Assembly: GCA_028534125.1 (NCBI GenBank)
Contig: CM052816.1
Coordinates: 21,206,001 to 21,270,000, forward strand
Direction of reading: 5' to 3'
From: Lama glama
Taxonomy: Eukaryota
DNA length: 64,000 bases
Shown here: positions 47,300-60,464 of the stretch, piece by piece
How the letters are laid out: each line of letters begins with the position of its first letter
Numbering within the stretch: position 1 is the stretch's first letter
The notes under the pieces: model-generated
Told to the model about the DNA's origin: nothing
The model's input: the letters and a program-made list of their open reading frames with translations, nothing else
Database searches by the model: none
Position numbers and translations under genes: made by a program

Positions 47300-50200
47300 G
47301 TTGCTGATTTCTAATCACACACCATTGTGGTAGAAGAACATACTTTTTACAATTTCAATCTCTTCAAATTTACTGTGACTCATTTTGTGGCATAACATGT
47401 GGTCTATCCTTGGGAATGTTCTATGTCACTTGAGAGGAATGTGTATCTTGTTTATGTAGCATGGAGTGTTCCATAGGTGTCTGTTAGTTCTAGTTGGTTT
47501 ATAGTGTTGTTCAGGTTTTCTGTTTCCTTGTTGATTTTCATCTCTTCTATCCATTATTGAAAGTGGGGTTGTGATTCTCCAACTATTACTGTTGAAATGG
47601 TCTATTTTCCCCTTTATTTCTGTCAGTTTTTCTTCATATATTTTGGTTTTTAAAAAATTTTTATTGAAGTAGAGTTGATTTACAATATTGTATTAATTTC
47701 AGATGTAGAGCAAAGTGATTCAGTTATACATATATAACTGAGAAAGTATATGTAAATAATATAGATAACTAAAGAATTTATATGTATTCTTTTTCAGATT
47801 CTTTTCCATTATAGGTTATTATAAGATATTGAATATAGTTCCCTGTGCTATAGAGTAGGTACTTGTTGTTTATCTATTTTATATATAACATTGTGTATAT
47901 GTTAATCTCAAGCCTGCCCTTTTCCCTTTGGTAACCATAAGTTTGTTTTCTACATCTTTGAGTCTGTTTCTGTTTTGTAAATAAGTTCATTTGTACCATT
48001 TTTAAAGATCTCACAAATAAGTGATATCATATGATATTTATCTTTTTCTGTCTTAGTTCACTTTGTATGATAATCTCTAGGTCCATTCATGCTGCTGCAA
48101 ATGGCATTGTTTCATTCTTTTTATGGCTGAGTGGTATTCCATTATGTATATATACCACATCTTTCTTATCCATTCATCTGTCAGTAGACATTTAGGTTGT
48201 TTCTATGTCTTGGCTATTGTAAATAGTGATGCTGTGAACACTGGGGTGCATGTATCTTTTCAAATTAGTTTTCATCTTTTCTGGATAAATGTCTAGGAGT
48301 GGGATTACTGGATCATATGATAAGTCTATTTTTTGTTTTTTAAGGAGCCTCCATACTGTTCTCCATAATGGCTGCACCAATTTACATCCCCACCAACAGT
48401 GTAGGAGGGATCCCTTTTCTCCATACCCTCTCCAGCATTTATTATTTGTAGACTTTTTGATGATGGGCATTCTGACCAGTGTGAGGTGATACATCATTAT
48501 AATTTTGAGTTGCAGTTCTCTAATAATTACCAGTGCTGAGCATCTTTTCATGTGCCTGTTGGCCATCTGTATGTCTTCTTTGAAGAAATGTCTGTTTAGG
48601 TCTTCTGCCCATTTTTGATTGGATTGTTTGTTTTTGATATCGAGTTGTATGAGCTGTTTGTATATTTTGGATTTCTTCATATATTTTATATTCATATATC
48701 TATTGCTAGGTACATGTTTATAATTATGCCTTCCTGATGGATTGATCTTTCATCATTATAGAATGCCCATTTCTATCTTTAGTAATAATTTTTTCCTTAA
48801 AATCTATTTTGTCTGATACAGTACAGCTACTCCAGCTCTTTTGAGTACTATTTGAATAGAATTTCTTTTTCCATCTTTTTATCTTCAATCTATTTGTGTC
48901 TTTGTATCTAAAGCACATCTCTTATAGACAACATATAGTTGGATCACTTTTTTTTCTAATTCATTCTGCTAACCTTTGCTTTCTGATTGGAGTGTTTAGT
49001 CTATTTATATTTAGTGTAATTAGCAATTAATATAGGATTTATATTTGCCATTTTGCTATGTGGTTTCTCTCTGTCTCATGTCTTTATTGTTTTTCTTAGT
49101 CTTTCATTACTGCTTTCTTTTGTGTTAGATATTTTCAAGTACAAAATTTTAATTCCTTTGTCTCTTCTATTATAGTTTTATTTTTGAATTATTTTCTTAG
49201 TGGTTGCCTTGGGGATTACAAATTAACATCTTAGTTTAGATGATTAACATCTTAGTTTAGATGATTATCAGCTTAATTTCTATTTCACAAGCTCCTATAT
49301 AGCTCAATCCTTACCCTCCTTTTATTACTATTGTCATATAAATTACATATTTATACATTATAAGCCCATTAACACAGTGTTTAAATTATTTCTTAATGGA
49401 ATTATCTCTTAAATCAGATAGGAAAATGAAAATATAAACCAAAATAAATTTATACTTTCATACTACCTAAGTATTTATGTTTACTGGAGCTCTTTGTTTC
49501 TTCATGTGAATTCAAATCTAGTTTTCCTTCATTTCAGCCTAAAGGATTCCCCTTTTAGTACTGTAGGGCAAGTCTAATGGAGATAAATTATCTCAGTTTT
49601 TGTTTATCTAAAAATGTTTTATTTTCTCTTGTTTTGAAGGATAGTTTTACGAGAGATAGAATTTTTGGTTACAGTCTTTTGCATTCAGTTCTTTTAGTAT
49701 GTCATTCCAGTATGACTTCTGGTCTCCACTATTTCTAAGGAGAAATCAACTGTTAATTTTACTGAGGCTCCTTCACTGCTTTCTCTTGCTGCTAAGATAC
49801 CTTCTGTCTTTTGTTTTTTAAGTTTGACTATGACACATCTAAATACAAATCTCTTGAAAGTTTTTTTAGGTATAATTTACAGATAACATTATATTAGTTT
49901 CAAGTGTACCACGTAATTCAACATTTATATAAATTGCAAAATGATTACTACAATAAGTCTAGTTAAAATCTATCACCATACATAATTTTTCTTGTGATGA
50001 GAAATTTTAAGATCTACTCTCTTGGCATTTTATATATATATAATATATTATATATATACACACACATATATATATGAATGAAATCATACATCTACTTTAT
50101 CCATTTATCTGTTTATGGACACTTTGGTGGGTTCCATGTCTTGGAAATTGTAAATAATGCTGCATTTAGCAGTGGGGTACATATGTTTTCAAGTTTGTGT

Positions 50201-53200
50201 TTTTGTTTTCTTCAGATAAATACTCAGGAGTGTGTTTGCTCGATCTTACGGTAGTCCTATTTTTAATTTTTCAAGGAACCTCCCTACTGTTTTTCATAGT
50301 GGATGCACCAATTTATATTCCCAACAACAGTACACAGGGTTCCCTTTTCTTTATATCCTTGACATCACTTATTTCTTGTCATTTTAACAGGTATGAGATT
50401 GCATCTCATCATTTTGATTTGCAGTTCCCTAATGATTAGTGATATTGAGTATCTTTTCATGTAACATCTGGCCATCTGCATGTCTTCATTGGGAAAATGT
50501 CTATTTAGATTATTTCTCCACTTTAAAAATCAGATTTTTTTTGCTATTGAGTTATATGAGTTCTTTATATATTTGGATATTAACCCCATATCAGACATGA
50601 TTTGCAAATATTTTCTTCCACTCAGTAGGTTACCTTTTCATTGTGTTGATAATTTCCTTTGCTGTGCAGAAGCTTTCTAGTTTGATTTACCCAACTTGTT
50701 GATTTTTACTTTTGCTGTCTTTACTATTGGTATCAAATCCAAAAAATCATTGCCAACACTGATGTCAGGGAACTTACCGCCTGTGCTTTCTTCTAGGAGT
50801 TTTATGGCTTCTGGTCTTATGCTGAAATCTTTAATTCATTTTGAGTTAATTTTTGTGTATGATGTAAGACAGTGGTCCAGTTTCATTCTTCTAAATGTGG
50901 CTGTCTGGTTTTCCCAACACCATTTATTGAAGAGACTGTCTTGTCTCCATTGTATATTCTTGCCTTTGTTATATATTAATTGACAATATACACATGGGTT
51001 TATTACTGGGCTCTCTATTCTGTTCCATTGATTGCTGTATCTATTTTTATGTCAGTACCATACTGTCTTGATTACTATAGTTTTGTAGTAGAGTTTGAAA
51101 TCAGGAATCATGATGCCTCCAGCCTTGTTCTTCTTTCTCAAGATTGCTTTGACTATTAAGGACTTTTCATGGTAAATTTGAGGATAGTTTATTTCTGTGA
51201 AAAATGCAATTGGAATTTTGACAGGGATTGCATTGCTTCTGTAGGTTGCTTTGAGTAGTATGAACATTTTAACAATACTAATTTTTCCAAGCCATGGGCA
51301 TGGGATATTGTTCCATTTATTTGTGTCATCTTTCATCAATGTCTTATAGGTTTTGTTGTAAAGGTGTTTCATCTTCTTGGTAAAGTTTATTCCTAGGTAT
51401 TTTATAATTTTTTTATTGCAATTGTAAATTGGATTGTTTTCTTAATTTCGCTTTCTGGAAGTTTGTTATTAGTGTATAAAATGGAACAGATTTATGTATA
51501 TTGCTTTTGTATCCTTTAACTTTGCTGTTTTGTTTAATAGTTCTAGTAGTTTATTTTTTTTGGTGGTCTTTAGGGTCTTCTATATATAATATCATGTTAT
51601 CTGCAAATAGTGACAGTTTGACTCCTATCTGATTTGGGCTTCCAATACTGTGTTTGATAAAAGTGGCAAGAATCGTCATCCTTGTTTTGGTCCTGACCTT
51701 AGAGGAAAAGCTTTCAGTTTTTCACTGCTGAGTAAGATGTTAGCTGTGGGTCTTTGAGTTTATTCTCCTTGGAGTTTGTTCAGTTTCTTGGATATGAAGG
51801 TTAATGTTTTTCATGAAATTTTGGGAATTTTTGGCCACTTGTTCTTCAAATGTTCTTTCTGCCCCTTTCTCTTTGCTCCTTCTGGTATTCCTATGAAGCT
51901 TGCTTGACAGTGTTTCATAGGTCCTTGTGTTTGTGTTCATTTTTCTGCATTCTTTTTCCTTCTGTTTCTCAGACTGGATTATCTCAATTGAGCTTTTTTC
52001 AAGTTTACTAGTTCTTCTGTCAGTTTAAATATGCTGTTTAGCTCCTCCAGTGAATTTTTGTTTAAGTTATTGTATTTTTGAATTCCAAAATTTCTATTTG
52101 ATTCTTTAAAAATAACTTGTTTCCTTAATGATATGCTCTATCTGGTGAGGCATCATTCTCATACTTTCCTTTAATTCTTTAAACATGGTTTCCTTTAGTT
52201 CCTTGAACAGATTTATAAAAACTGATTTAAAGTCTTTATCTGGGCTTCCTCAGAGACAGTTTCTTTTGACTTCTTTTTTTCCCCCTGTGTGTGGGTCATT
52301 TACTGCTTTTTCTTTGCATGCCTTGTAATTTCTTGTTGTAAACTGGATATTTAAAGGAATATAATGTGTTAACTCTGAAAATCAGATTATCCCCTCCTCA
52401 GGATTTGTCATTGTTGCTATTTAGTGACTTTCCTGGACTAACTTTGTAAAGCTGTGTTCTTTCTCATGTATGATCAATGAATTCTACTCAGCTTAGTGGT
52501 AAATTGATGATTGGACAGAGTTTTGCTTTTTTTAAAAAAATGCCTTGAACTAGTAAGTTTCCAAGCCTTTGCTGAAGGGCTGTGTCTGTGTGTCTGTGAG
52601 AGAGAGTTTGGTCATATCTTCAGTGCTGCAGCAGGTGATTTTTAACTGGGTCTAGCCTTCACTTCTTGCATGAGTAGCGTTTCAAGGTCAGCCAGAGGTC
52701 AGACCTTAGGGCCATCTCAGGTCTTTTCCTGAGTATGCACAAAGCTCTGACACATGCACACAATTTCTAGACTCCTAGAAATATGTTAAACCTTGTCAAA
52801 GCCTCCATGGACCTCTCCTTCCCCTATGTTCCCTTTTAAGTTTTTTGGTTATTCTCTTGTTGGCCCCAGTTAATATGGCTGCTTCAGGCAGCTGCAGTGT
52901 TAAACAGTTATCACTCATTGCTTACGGCAAGTAGGGCTGTTTGCAGAGTGAGCTGGAGTCAGGTCAAATAAAGACAAACCCTGAGGACAGAGATTTCAGT
53001 CTGCTGCCAGACAGGACAAATAGTGGCAGTTCTGTGGGTCTGAAGATTTTGGGGAACTCCATATCTATTCTGCTTCCTCCATTGGGTGTTGCATTTCACA
53101 GGTACTGTAATTAGGGGCCTTGGGGGCTTCATAGCTACCAAAGACTGGGAGAGAGGAGTGAGTTTAGGGCAAGTTAAAATGCCACTGTCTTTTCTCACTG

Positions 53201-53340
53201 AGATTCAGTTGTTTTCCTTGAACAAACAATCCTTGGCTTGTTGCAAGCCTTTAGTTAATTTCCAAAGTTCTGAAAAAGTTTATTTTGACAGTTTTTGCCA
53301 GTGTTCTCATTGCTTTTATGGAGGAGTAGATTTCTAGCAG
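47300..53340 (-). mobile_element. Ancient L1M ORF2/ORF1/5' relics with a further L1 3' portion at ~49860-51750
   Basis: Degenerate ORF2 endonuclease (SDKIDFK, ORF 48724..48918), ORF2 fragment 51052..51372 and ORF1 fragment 51740..51940. Confidence 0.65.
47645..48671 (-). mobile_element. 5'-truncated L1 (~1 kb)
   Basis: 16-bp TSD TTTCTTCATATATTTT at 47629-47644 and 48672-48687. ORF2 C-terminus (ORF 48192..48695). Confidence 0.85.
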
Positions 53341-54109
53341 TCCTTCTTCTTCCCTTATCCCCTACTTACTTCCCACTTTCCCCTTTCCTTGCTTTCCTGA
53401 AGGAAGTAGAACTCCTGTACGTACTAAAACCATACATTTACACTGAATACTTTGGATTCAGTCCAACACTCTGGGTTCTATTTTCAGTCTTTCCTTATTC
53501 CTGATATGCAAACATCTTTAACAGTGAGAAACTCAGTTCTTATTATCTACAATATACGTAAACATTTTTTTTTTACTATGTAGAGTGGGTTCAGAATTGT
53601 TAATGCACAACCCCTGTGAGAAACACATTTATTCGATTGATTTTTTAAAAGATGGCTGTATTGAGAACGAACTGTGAGGGGCAAGACCAAATCAGTGAGT
53701 ACAGTTAGGTGGTTACTCAGATTATTTGAGTTAAAGATGATGGTGGCTTTGACCAGAGCATTGGTTTTGATGCTGAGGCATGGCCAGATTATAGATATAT
53801 TTTGAAAGTTGAATCCATAGTATTAAGCCGATGGATTCGATGTGGAATATGAGAGAAAAATGAAGGATGATGCCAAGATTTTTTTCCTGAGCAACTGGAA
53901 GAATAGAGTTGTTATTAACTGAAAGCTTATGAGGGGTGTACATTCTGGGGGAAACATTGGTTTTGGTGATTTTTAAGTTTCAGATGTCTGTTAGATATTC
54001 AAGTGCAACAAGATGTCCAGTAGGCAGCTAAATATGCATCAGGAATTTAAATGAGTTTGGGCTGGAGACACATTAGAGGAGTCAGCACCTACAAGATGGT
54101 TAAAGTAGC

Positions 54110-54512
54110 TGTCAGGGGCCTACAGCTGTGTCCTAAGAACTTTCAGTGTGTTCAAGCCCTCTTCTATCTGCTGCTGCTATCTCTATCTATGTCAGAAGGC
54201 TTTTTCTTACTTAAAAACAAACAAACAAAATCAATGGAAGGCAGCTCTATGGAAGGTGCTCATGGCAAGACAGTAGCTAACATTCCCAGGGATAGCCCTC
54301 AGTTAGTGACTCTCAGAGTTGGTATATAAATACCCATCTCTCTTGCCTCTCAACTGGGATAACTCTGAGGCTTATATTTTGCCACATTTCCCACAGTCTC
54401 CCTGTGAGATTCAGCTGATTTAAGAACACACTGTTCATTGGCTGTTTTATATAATTCCCTGTCTCTTATGCTTGAATTACTGTTTTAGGTCCGGCTTCTG
54501 GGAGGACTCTAA
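54110..54512. mobile_element. LTR16-like ERVL LTR within an L2
   Basis: gagttggtatataaatacccatctctcttgcctctcaactgggataactctgaggc resembles the LTR16 family as recalled. Flanks are antisense L2. Confidence 0.55.
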
Positions 54513-55289
54513 AGGTAATAATTTTAAAGCTATGAGACTGGATGAGGTCACCAAACAAATAAGTATGAAAAGAGGTGCAGATGCAGACAGACAGTACTAA
54601 AACAGGGCAACACCAGAAAGTCAGGGAAATAGTGAATCAGGAAAGGAAACTGCATGTGCAGGGAGAAGGCAGAGTTATATTTAATCAGGGCTGGGGATTG
54701 TGCGAAGATGGGAGTTACCCAACAGACTTGAGGGTCAATGAAAAACAGTGATATAAGGACCATGGAATATAAGCTGTAAAAGGAGAGAGGTACAGGCACA
54801 AGGGAAGTGAAGAACTGAAAAATGGTAGAATCAATGGATGGAAACCCTGGTGGGCTAAAAGACTTGCTGGAGTTGGAGACCTCAGGAATAAAATTTAAAG
54901 ACATCAGAGTTTGTTGGAGTGAGATGCTTAAAAGGGAGATAGTGAAGTTATTGTTGTTTTTTCGAATGTATTTTTTTTTATTGAAGTATAATTGGTTTAC
55001 AATGTTGTGTCAATTTCTGATATACAACACAATGCTTCAGTCCTACAGGAGCATACATATATTCATTTTCATATTTTTTCACCATAGGTTACTGTAAGGT
55101 ATTAAATATAGTTCCCTGTGCTATACCATATAAGCTTGTTGTTTGTCTATTTTTATATATTAGTTAGTATCTGCAAATATCAAACTCTCCGTTTATTCCT
55201 TCCACCCTCTTCCCCACCCTGGTAACCATAAGTTTGTTTTCTTTGTTTGTGAGTCTGTTTCTGTTTTGTAAATTTGTCTTTTTTTTTTT

Positions 55290-58200
55290 TTAGATTCCAC
55301 ATGTAAGTGATATCATATGGCATTTTTCTTTCTCTTTCTGGCTTACTTCACTTAGAATGACAATCTCCAGGTCCATCCATGTTGCTGCAAATGGCATTAT
55401 TTTACTATTATTTATGGCTGAGTAGTATTCCATTGTATAAATACACCACAGCTTCTTTATCCAGTCATCTGTCAATGGACATTTAGGTTGTTTCCATGTC
55501 TTGGTTATCGCAAATAGTGCTGCTGTGAACATTAGGGTGCATGTATCTTTTTGAATTAAAGTTCCCACTGGATATATGCCCAGAAGTGGGATTGCTGGAT
55601 CATATGGTAAGTCTATTTTTAGTCTTTTGAGGAATCTCCATATTGTTTTCCATAAAGGCTGCACCAAACTACATTCCCACCAACAGTGTAGAAGGGTTCC
55701 CTTTCCTCCACACCCTCTCCAGCATTTATCATTCATGGACTTTTGAATGATGGCCATTCTGACTAGTGTGAGGTGATACCTCATTGTAGTTTTAATTCAC
55801 ATTTCTTTGAAAATTAGCGATATTGAGTATTTTTTCCATGTACCTATTGGCCATTCATATGTCTTCATTGGAGAATTGCTTATTTAGATCTTCTGCCCTA
55901 TTTTGGATTGGGTTTTTTGTTCTTTTATTATTAAGTTGTATGAACTGTTTATATATTCTGGAAATTAAACCTTTGTCAGTCACATCATTTGCAAATATTT
56001 TCTCCCATTCTGTAGGTTGTATTTTTGTTTTGCCTGTGGTTTCCTTTTCTGTGCAAAAGCTTGTAAGTTTAATTAGGTACCATTTGTTTATTTTTGCTCA
56101 TATTTCATTGTCTGAGTAGACTGCCCTAGGAGAACGTTGCTGAGATTTATGTCGGATAATGTTTTGCCTATGTTTTCTTCTAGGAGGTTTATTGTGTCTT
56201 GTCTTATATTTAAGTCTAAGCCATTTTGAGTTTATTTTTGTATACGGTGTGAGGGAGTGTCCTAACTTCAGTGATTTATATGCTGCTATCCAGTTTTCCC
56301 AACACCACTTGCTGAAGAGACTGTCTTTAGTACATTGTATGTACTTGCCTCCTTTACCAAATATTGACCAAAATTTTATGGGTTTATTTCTGAGCTCTCT
56401 GTTCTGTTCCATTGATCCTGATGTCTGTTTTGATACCAGTACCATGCTGTTTTGATTACTGTAGCTCTGTAGTGTTGTCTGAAGTCTAGGCAGGTTATTC
56501 CTCCAGCTTCATTCTTTTTCTTCAGTATTGCTTTGACAATTCTGGGTCTTTTGTGATTCCATATAAATTTTAGGATTATTTGTTTTAGAGCTGTGAAAAA
56601 TGTTCTGGGTAATTTGATAGGGATTGCATTAAATCTGTAGCTTGCTTTGGGTAACATGGCCATTTTAACAATATTAATTCTTCCTATCCAAGAACATGAG
56701 CTATATTTCCATTTCTTTAAGTCATCTTTAATTTCCTTAGTCAGTGTTTTGTAGTTCTCCATATATAAGTCTTTCACTTCCTTGATCAGATTTATTCCTA
56801 AGTATTTTATTTTGGGGGAATGTGATTTTAAAAAGAATTGTTTCTTTATTTTTGTTTTTCTGATATTACATTGCTAGCTGGCATAAAGAAATGCCACTGA
56901 TTTCTGTATGTTAATCTTGTATCCTGCTACCTTGCTGAATTTTTTTATCAGCTCTAGTAGTTTTTGTGTGGAGCCTTCAGGGTTTTGTATATATAGTATC
57001 ATGTCATCTGCATATAATGATAATTTCATCTCTTCTCTTCCAATTTGGATCTCTCTTATTTCTTTTTCTTGTCTAGTTGCTTATGGGTATAACTTCTAAT
57101 ACTATATTGAATAGAAATGGTGAGAGTGGGCATCCTTGTCTTGTTCCACAATTTAGCGGGAAGGCTTTCAACTTTTCACCGTTGAATATTATGCTGGTTG
57201 TAGGTTTGTCATAAATAGCTTTTATTATGTTGAGATCTGTTCCCTCTATACCCACTTTGGTTAGATTTTTTATCAGAATTGGGTGTTGAATTTTATCAAA
57301 TGCTTTTTCTGCATCTATTGAGATGACTATGTGATTTTTGTCCTTTTCTCTTGTTGATGTGATGTATCACTTTGACTGATTTGTGTATGTTGAACCATCC
57401 TTGTGTCCCTGGGATGAATCCAACTTGATCATGGTGTATCATCTTTTTTATGTGTTGTTGGATTCTGTTTGCTAATACTTGTTTTACATCTATGTTTTCA
57501 ATGTTATTGGCCTATATTTTTCTTTTTTGGTAGTGCCTTTGTCTGGCTTTGGTATCAAGGTGCTGGTGGCTTCATAGAATGAGTTTGGGAGTATTCCCTC
57601 CTCTTCACTCTTTTCCAAGTTTGAGAAGGATCAGTATGAGCTCTTCTTTTTATGTTTGATATAATTCCCCAATGAAGCCATCTGGTCCTGGACTTTTGTT
57701 TGCAGGGAGGCTTTTTTTTTTTTTTTTTATTGCTGATTCTGTTTTACTCCTAGTGATTGGTCTGTTCAAATGATCTATTTCTTCTTGATTCAGTTTTGGT
57801 GTACCATATGTTTCTAGAAATTTGTCCATTTCTTCTAAGTTCTCAAATTTATTGCCATATAGCTGTTCATAGTATTCTCTTATGATAGTTTGTATTTCTG
57901 TAGTGTTGGTTGTAATTTCTCCATTTTCCTTTCTTATTTTGTTTGTGGTCTCTCTCTTTTCTTCTTGGTTACCCTGGCCAGAGGTTTGTCAATTTTGTTT
58001 ACTCTTTCAAATAACCAGCTATTGGTTTGGTTTTTTTCTATTGTTTTTTAAATCTTTATTTTCTCCCTGATCTTTATTATTTCTTTCCTTCTGTTGACTT
58101 TAGATTTTGTTTATTCTTCTTTTTCTAATTCTTTTAAGTGGTAGGTTAGGTTGTTTGTTTGAGATTGCTCTTGTTTTTTGAGGAAGGCCTACATCACTAT

Positions 58201-59096
58201 GAACTTCCCTCTTTAATTAATTAATAATCCCTCTTAGGATTGCTTTTGCTGCATCCCATAGATTTTATGTGGTTCTGTTTTGTCATTTGTCTCAAAGTAT
58301 TTTTAGTTTCTTCTTTGGTTTCATTATTGACCTGTTGGTTTTCTAGTAGCATGTTTAGTCTCCATGCTGTCTCATTTTTTTCTCATTTGTTTTTCTGTAG
58401 TTGATTTCTAGTTTCATGCCATTGTGATCAGAGAGAATGCTTGAAATAATTTCTGTCCTCTTCAATTTGTTGAGGCTTCTTTTGTGTCCAGGTATGTGGT
58501 CTATCCTAGAGAATGTTCCATGAGCACTTGAAAAGAATGTATATTCTGTTTTGGGGGGATGTAAGTCCTAAAAATATCAACCAAGTCCAACTGTTCTATT
58601 GTGTCATTTATCTCTGTTGTTTTATTGATTTTCTGTCTGGAAGTCCTGTCCAATGATATTAGTGGCATGTTAAAGTCTCCTACTCTTATTGTATTCCCAT
58701 CAATTTCCTCCTTTATGTCTGTATTTATTTTATATATTTAGGTGCCCTATATTGGATGCATATATATTAACAAGTGTAATATCCTGATCTTATATTGCTC
58801 CCTTGATCATTATATTGTGTCCTTTATCTTTCTGTATGGCCTTTGTTTTAAAGTCTATTTTGTCTGATATGATTATTGCTATTCCTGCTTTCTTGTCATT
58901 TCCATTTGCATAAAATATCTTTTTCCATCCTCTCACTTTCAATCTATATGTGTTCTTTACTGTAAAGGATCTCTTGTATGCAGCATATTGTAGGCTTTTG
59001 TGTTATTATCCAATCTGCCACTCCGTGTCTTTTGATTGGAGCATTTAGTCCATTGACATTTTCAGTGCTTATTGATAAATGTATGTTTATTGCCAT
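55290..59096 (-). pseudogene. Disrupted L1 ORF2 (endonuclease/reverse transcriptase)
   Basis: MAINIHLSISTENVNGLNAPIKRH start; [21 protein letters not shown] motif (ORF 57073..57255); C-terminal [16 protein letters not shown]...TCGI*. Multiple stops and frameshifts. Confidence 0.9.
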
Positions 59097-60110
59097 TTTT
59101 AACTTTGTTTTCCAGTTGATTTGGTATTCTTTGTTCATTTCCTTTCCTTTTTGTTTTTCTTTTTTTGTGGTTTGATAGTTTTCTTTTGTTTTAGCTTGGT
59201 TTCTTTTGTGTGTGTGTGTGTGTGATTCTATTGTATGTTTTTGATTTATAGTTACCCTGTTTTTCAAGTCTGTTATCCCATTACTCTATCTGTTTGCTTC
59301 AGAGTGATAGTCATATAGGCTCAAACATATCCTAAAAAGAATGAAGAAAAAAAAAGAAAAGAGAGGGGAAAAATCTATATTTTCTTGCTCCTCTCTCCTA
59401 CCTTTTATGATTTTGATGTACTTGTTTTTATTCTCTCATAACTTGTAGTTTTTGCATTATAATTACGGTTTTGTTGGTTCTATAGCTTCCTGCTTCTTTT
59501 CTATTTAGAGTAGACTTTTCATTATTTCTTTTAGGATGAGTTTAGTATTACTAAATTCATTTAGTTTTTGCTTGTCTAGGAAACTCTTTATCTCTCCTTC
59601 TACTCTAATAAAAGATAATTTTACCATATAGAGTATCCTAGGTTGTAACCTTTTCCCATTCAGGACTTTGAATATATGTTGCCACTCCCTTCTGGTCAGC
59701 AGTGTTTGTGTAAAGTCAGCTGAAAGCCTTATAGGGGTTCCCTTGTAACTTACTCTTTGTTTTTCTCTTGCTGCCTTTAGAATCATTTCTTGATCTTTAA
59801 ATTTGGCCATCCTAATTATAATATGTCTTGGTATAGGTCTGCTTGGGTTCTTCTTGTTTGTGTCCCTCTGTGCTTCTTGTATTTGGATATCTGTTTCCTT
59901 CTTTAGGTTTGGAAAGTTTTCAGTCATGATTTCTTCAAATACCTTTTCAATCCCCTTTGCTCTTTCTTCTCCCTCTGGGATCCCTATTATGTGCAGGTTG
60001 GCATGCCTTATATTATCCTTTAGGTCACTTACATTGCTTTCATTGGTTTCCACCTGCTTTTCTGTCTCTTGTTCTGATGGGGTGATTTCTGTTGTCATGT
60101 CTTCTAAGTC

Positions 60111-60464
60111 TTTTTTTTTTTTGATTAATAGTTTGTGTTTTTTTTTTAGAGCAGTTTCAGGTTCACAGCAGAATTGAGCAGAAAATACAAAGAGTTTGCA
60201 CATAGCCCTTCCAACCCACTCATATATACTTCCCTACCCTCAATATCCCTCATCAGTGTGGCATATTTGGTACAATCGATGAACCAACATGGACACATTA
60301 CAACCAAAGTCCATAGTTTACATTAGGGTTCACTCTTGATGTACATTCTATGGGTTTTGACAAATGCATGACATGTAGCCACCACTATGGTATCCTACAG
60401 AATAATTTCATTGCCCTAAAAATCCCTTGTGCTCCATCTGTTTGTTCCTCCCTCCCTCCCTCTT
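60111..60464 (-). mobile_element. 5'-truncated copy of the HAL1-like element's L1MC-type tail, nested in L1 ORF1
   Basis: 16-bp TSD TCATGTCTTCTAAGTC at 60095-60110 and 60465-60480. Poly-T start. Highly similar to 33575-33935. Confidence 0.88.

Noticed and set aside
49222..49266. Tandem duplication of ATTAACATCTTAGTTTAGATG (21 bp x2)
   Set aside because: Simple local slippage inside an old L1, with no sign of function; not a CRISPR-like array.
59505..60203. 232-aa ORF, the longest real ORF, as a possible host gene
   Set aside because: It is the C-terminal part of L1 ORF1p fused to sequence from the nested insert, not an intact gene.
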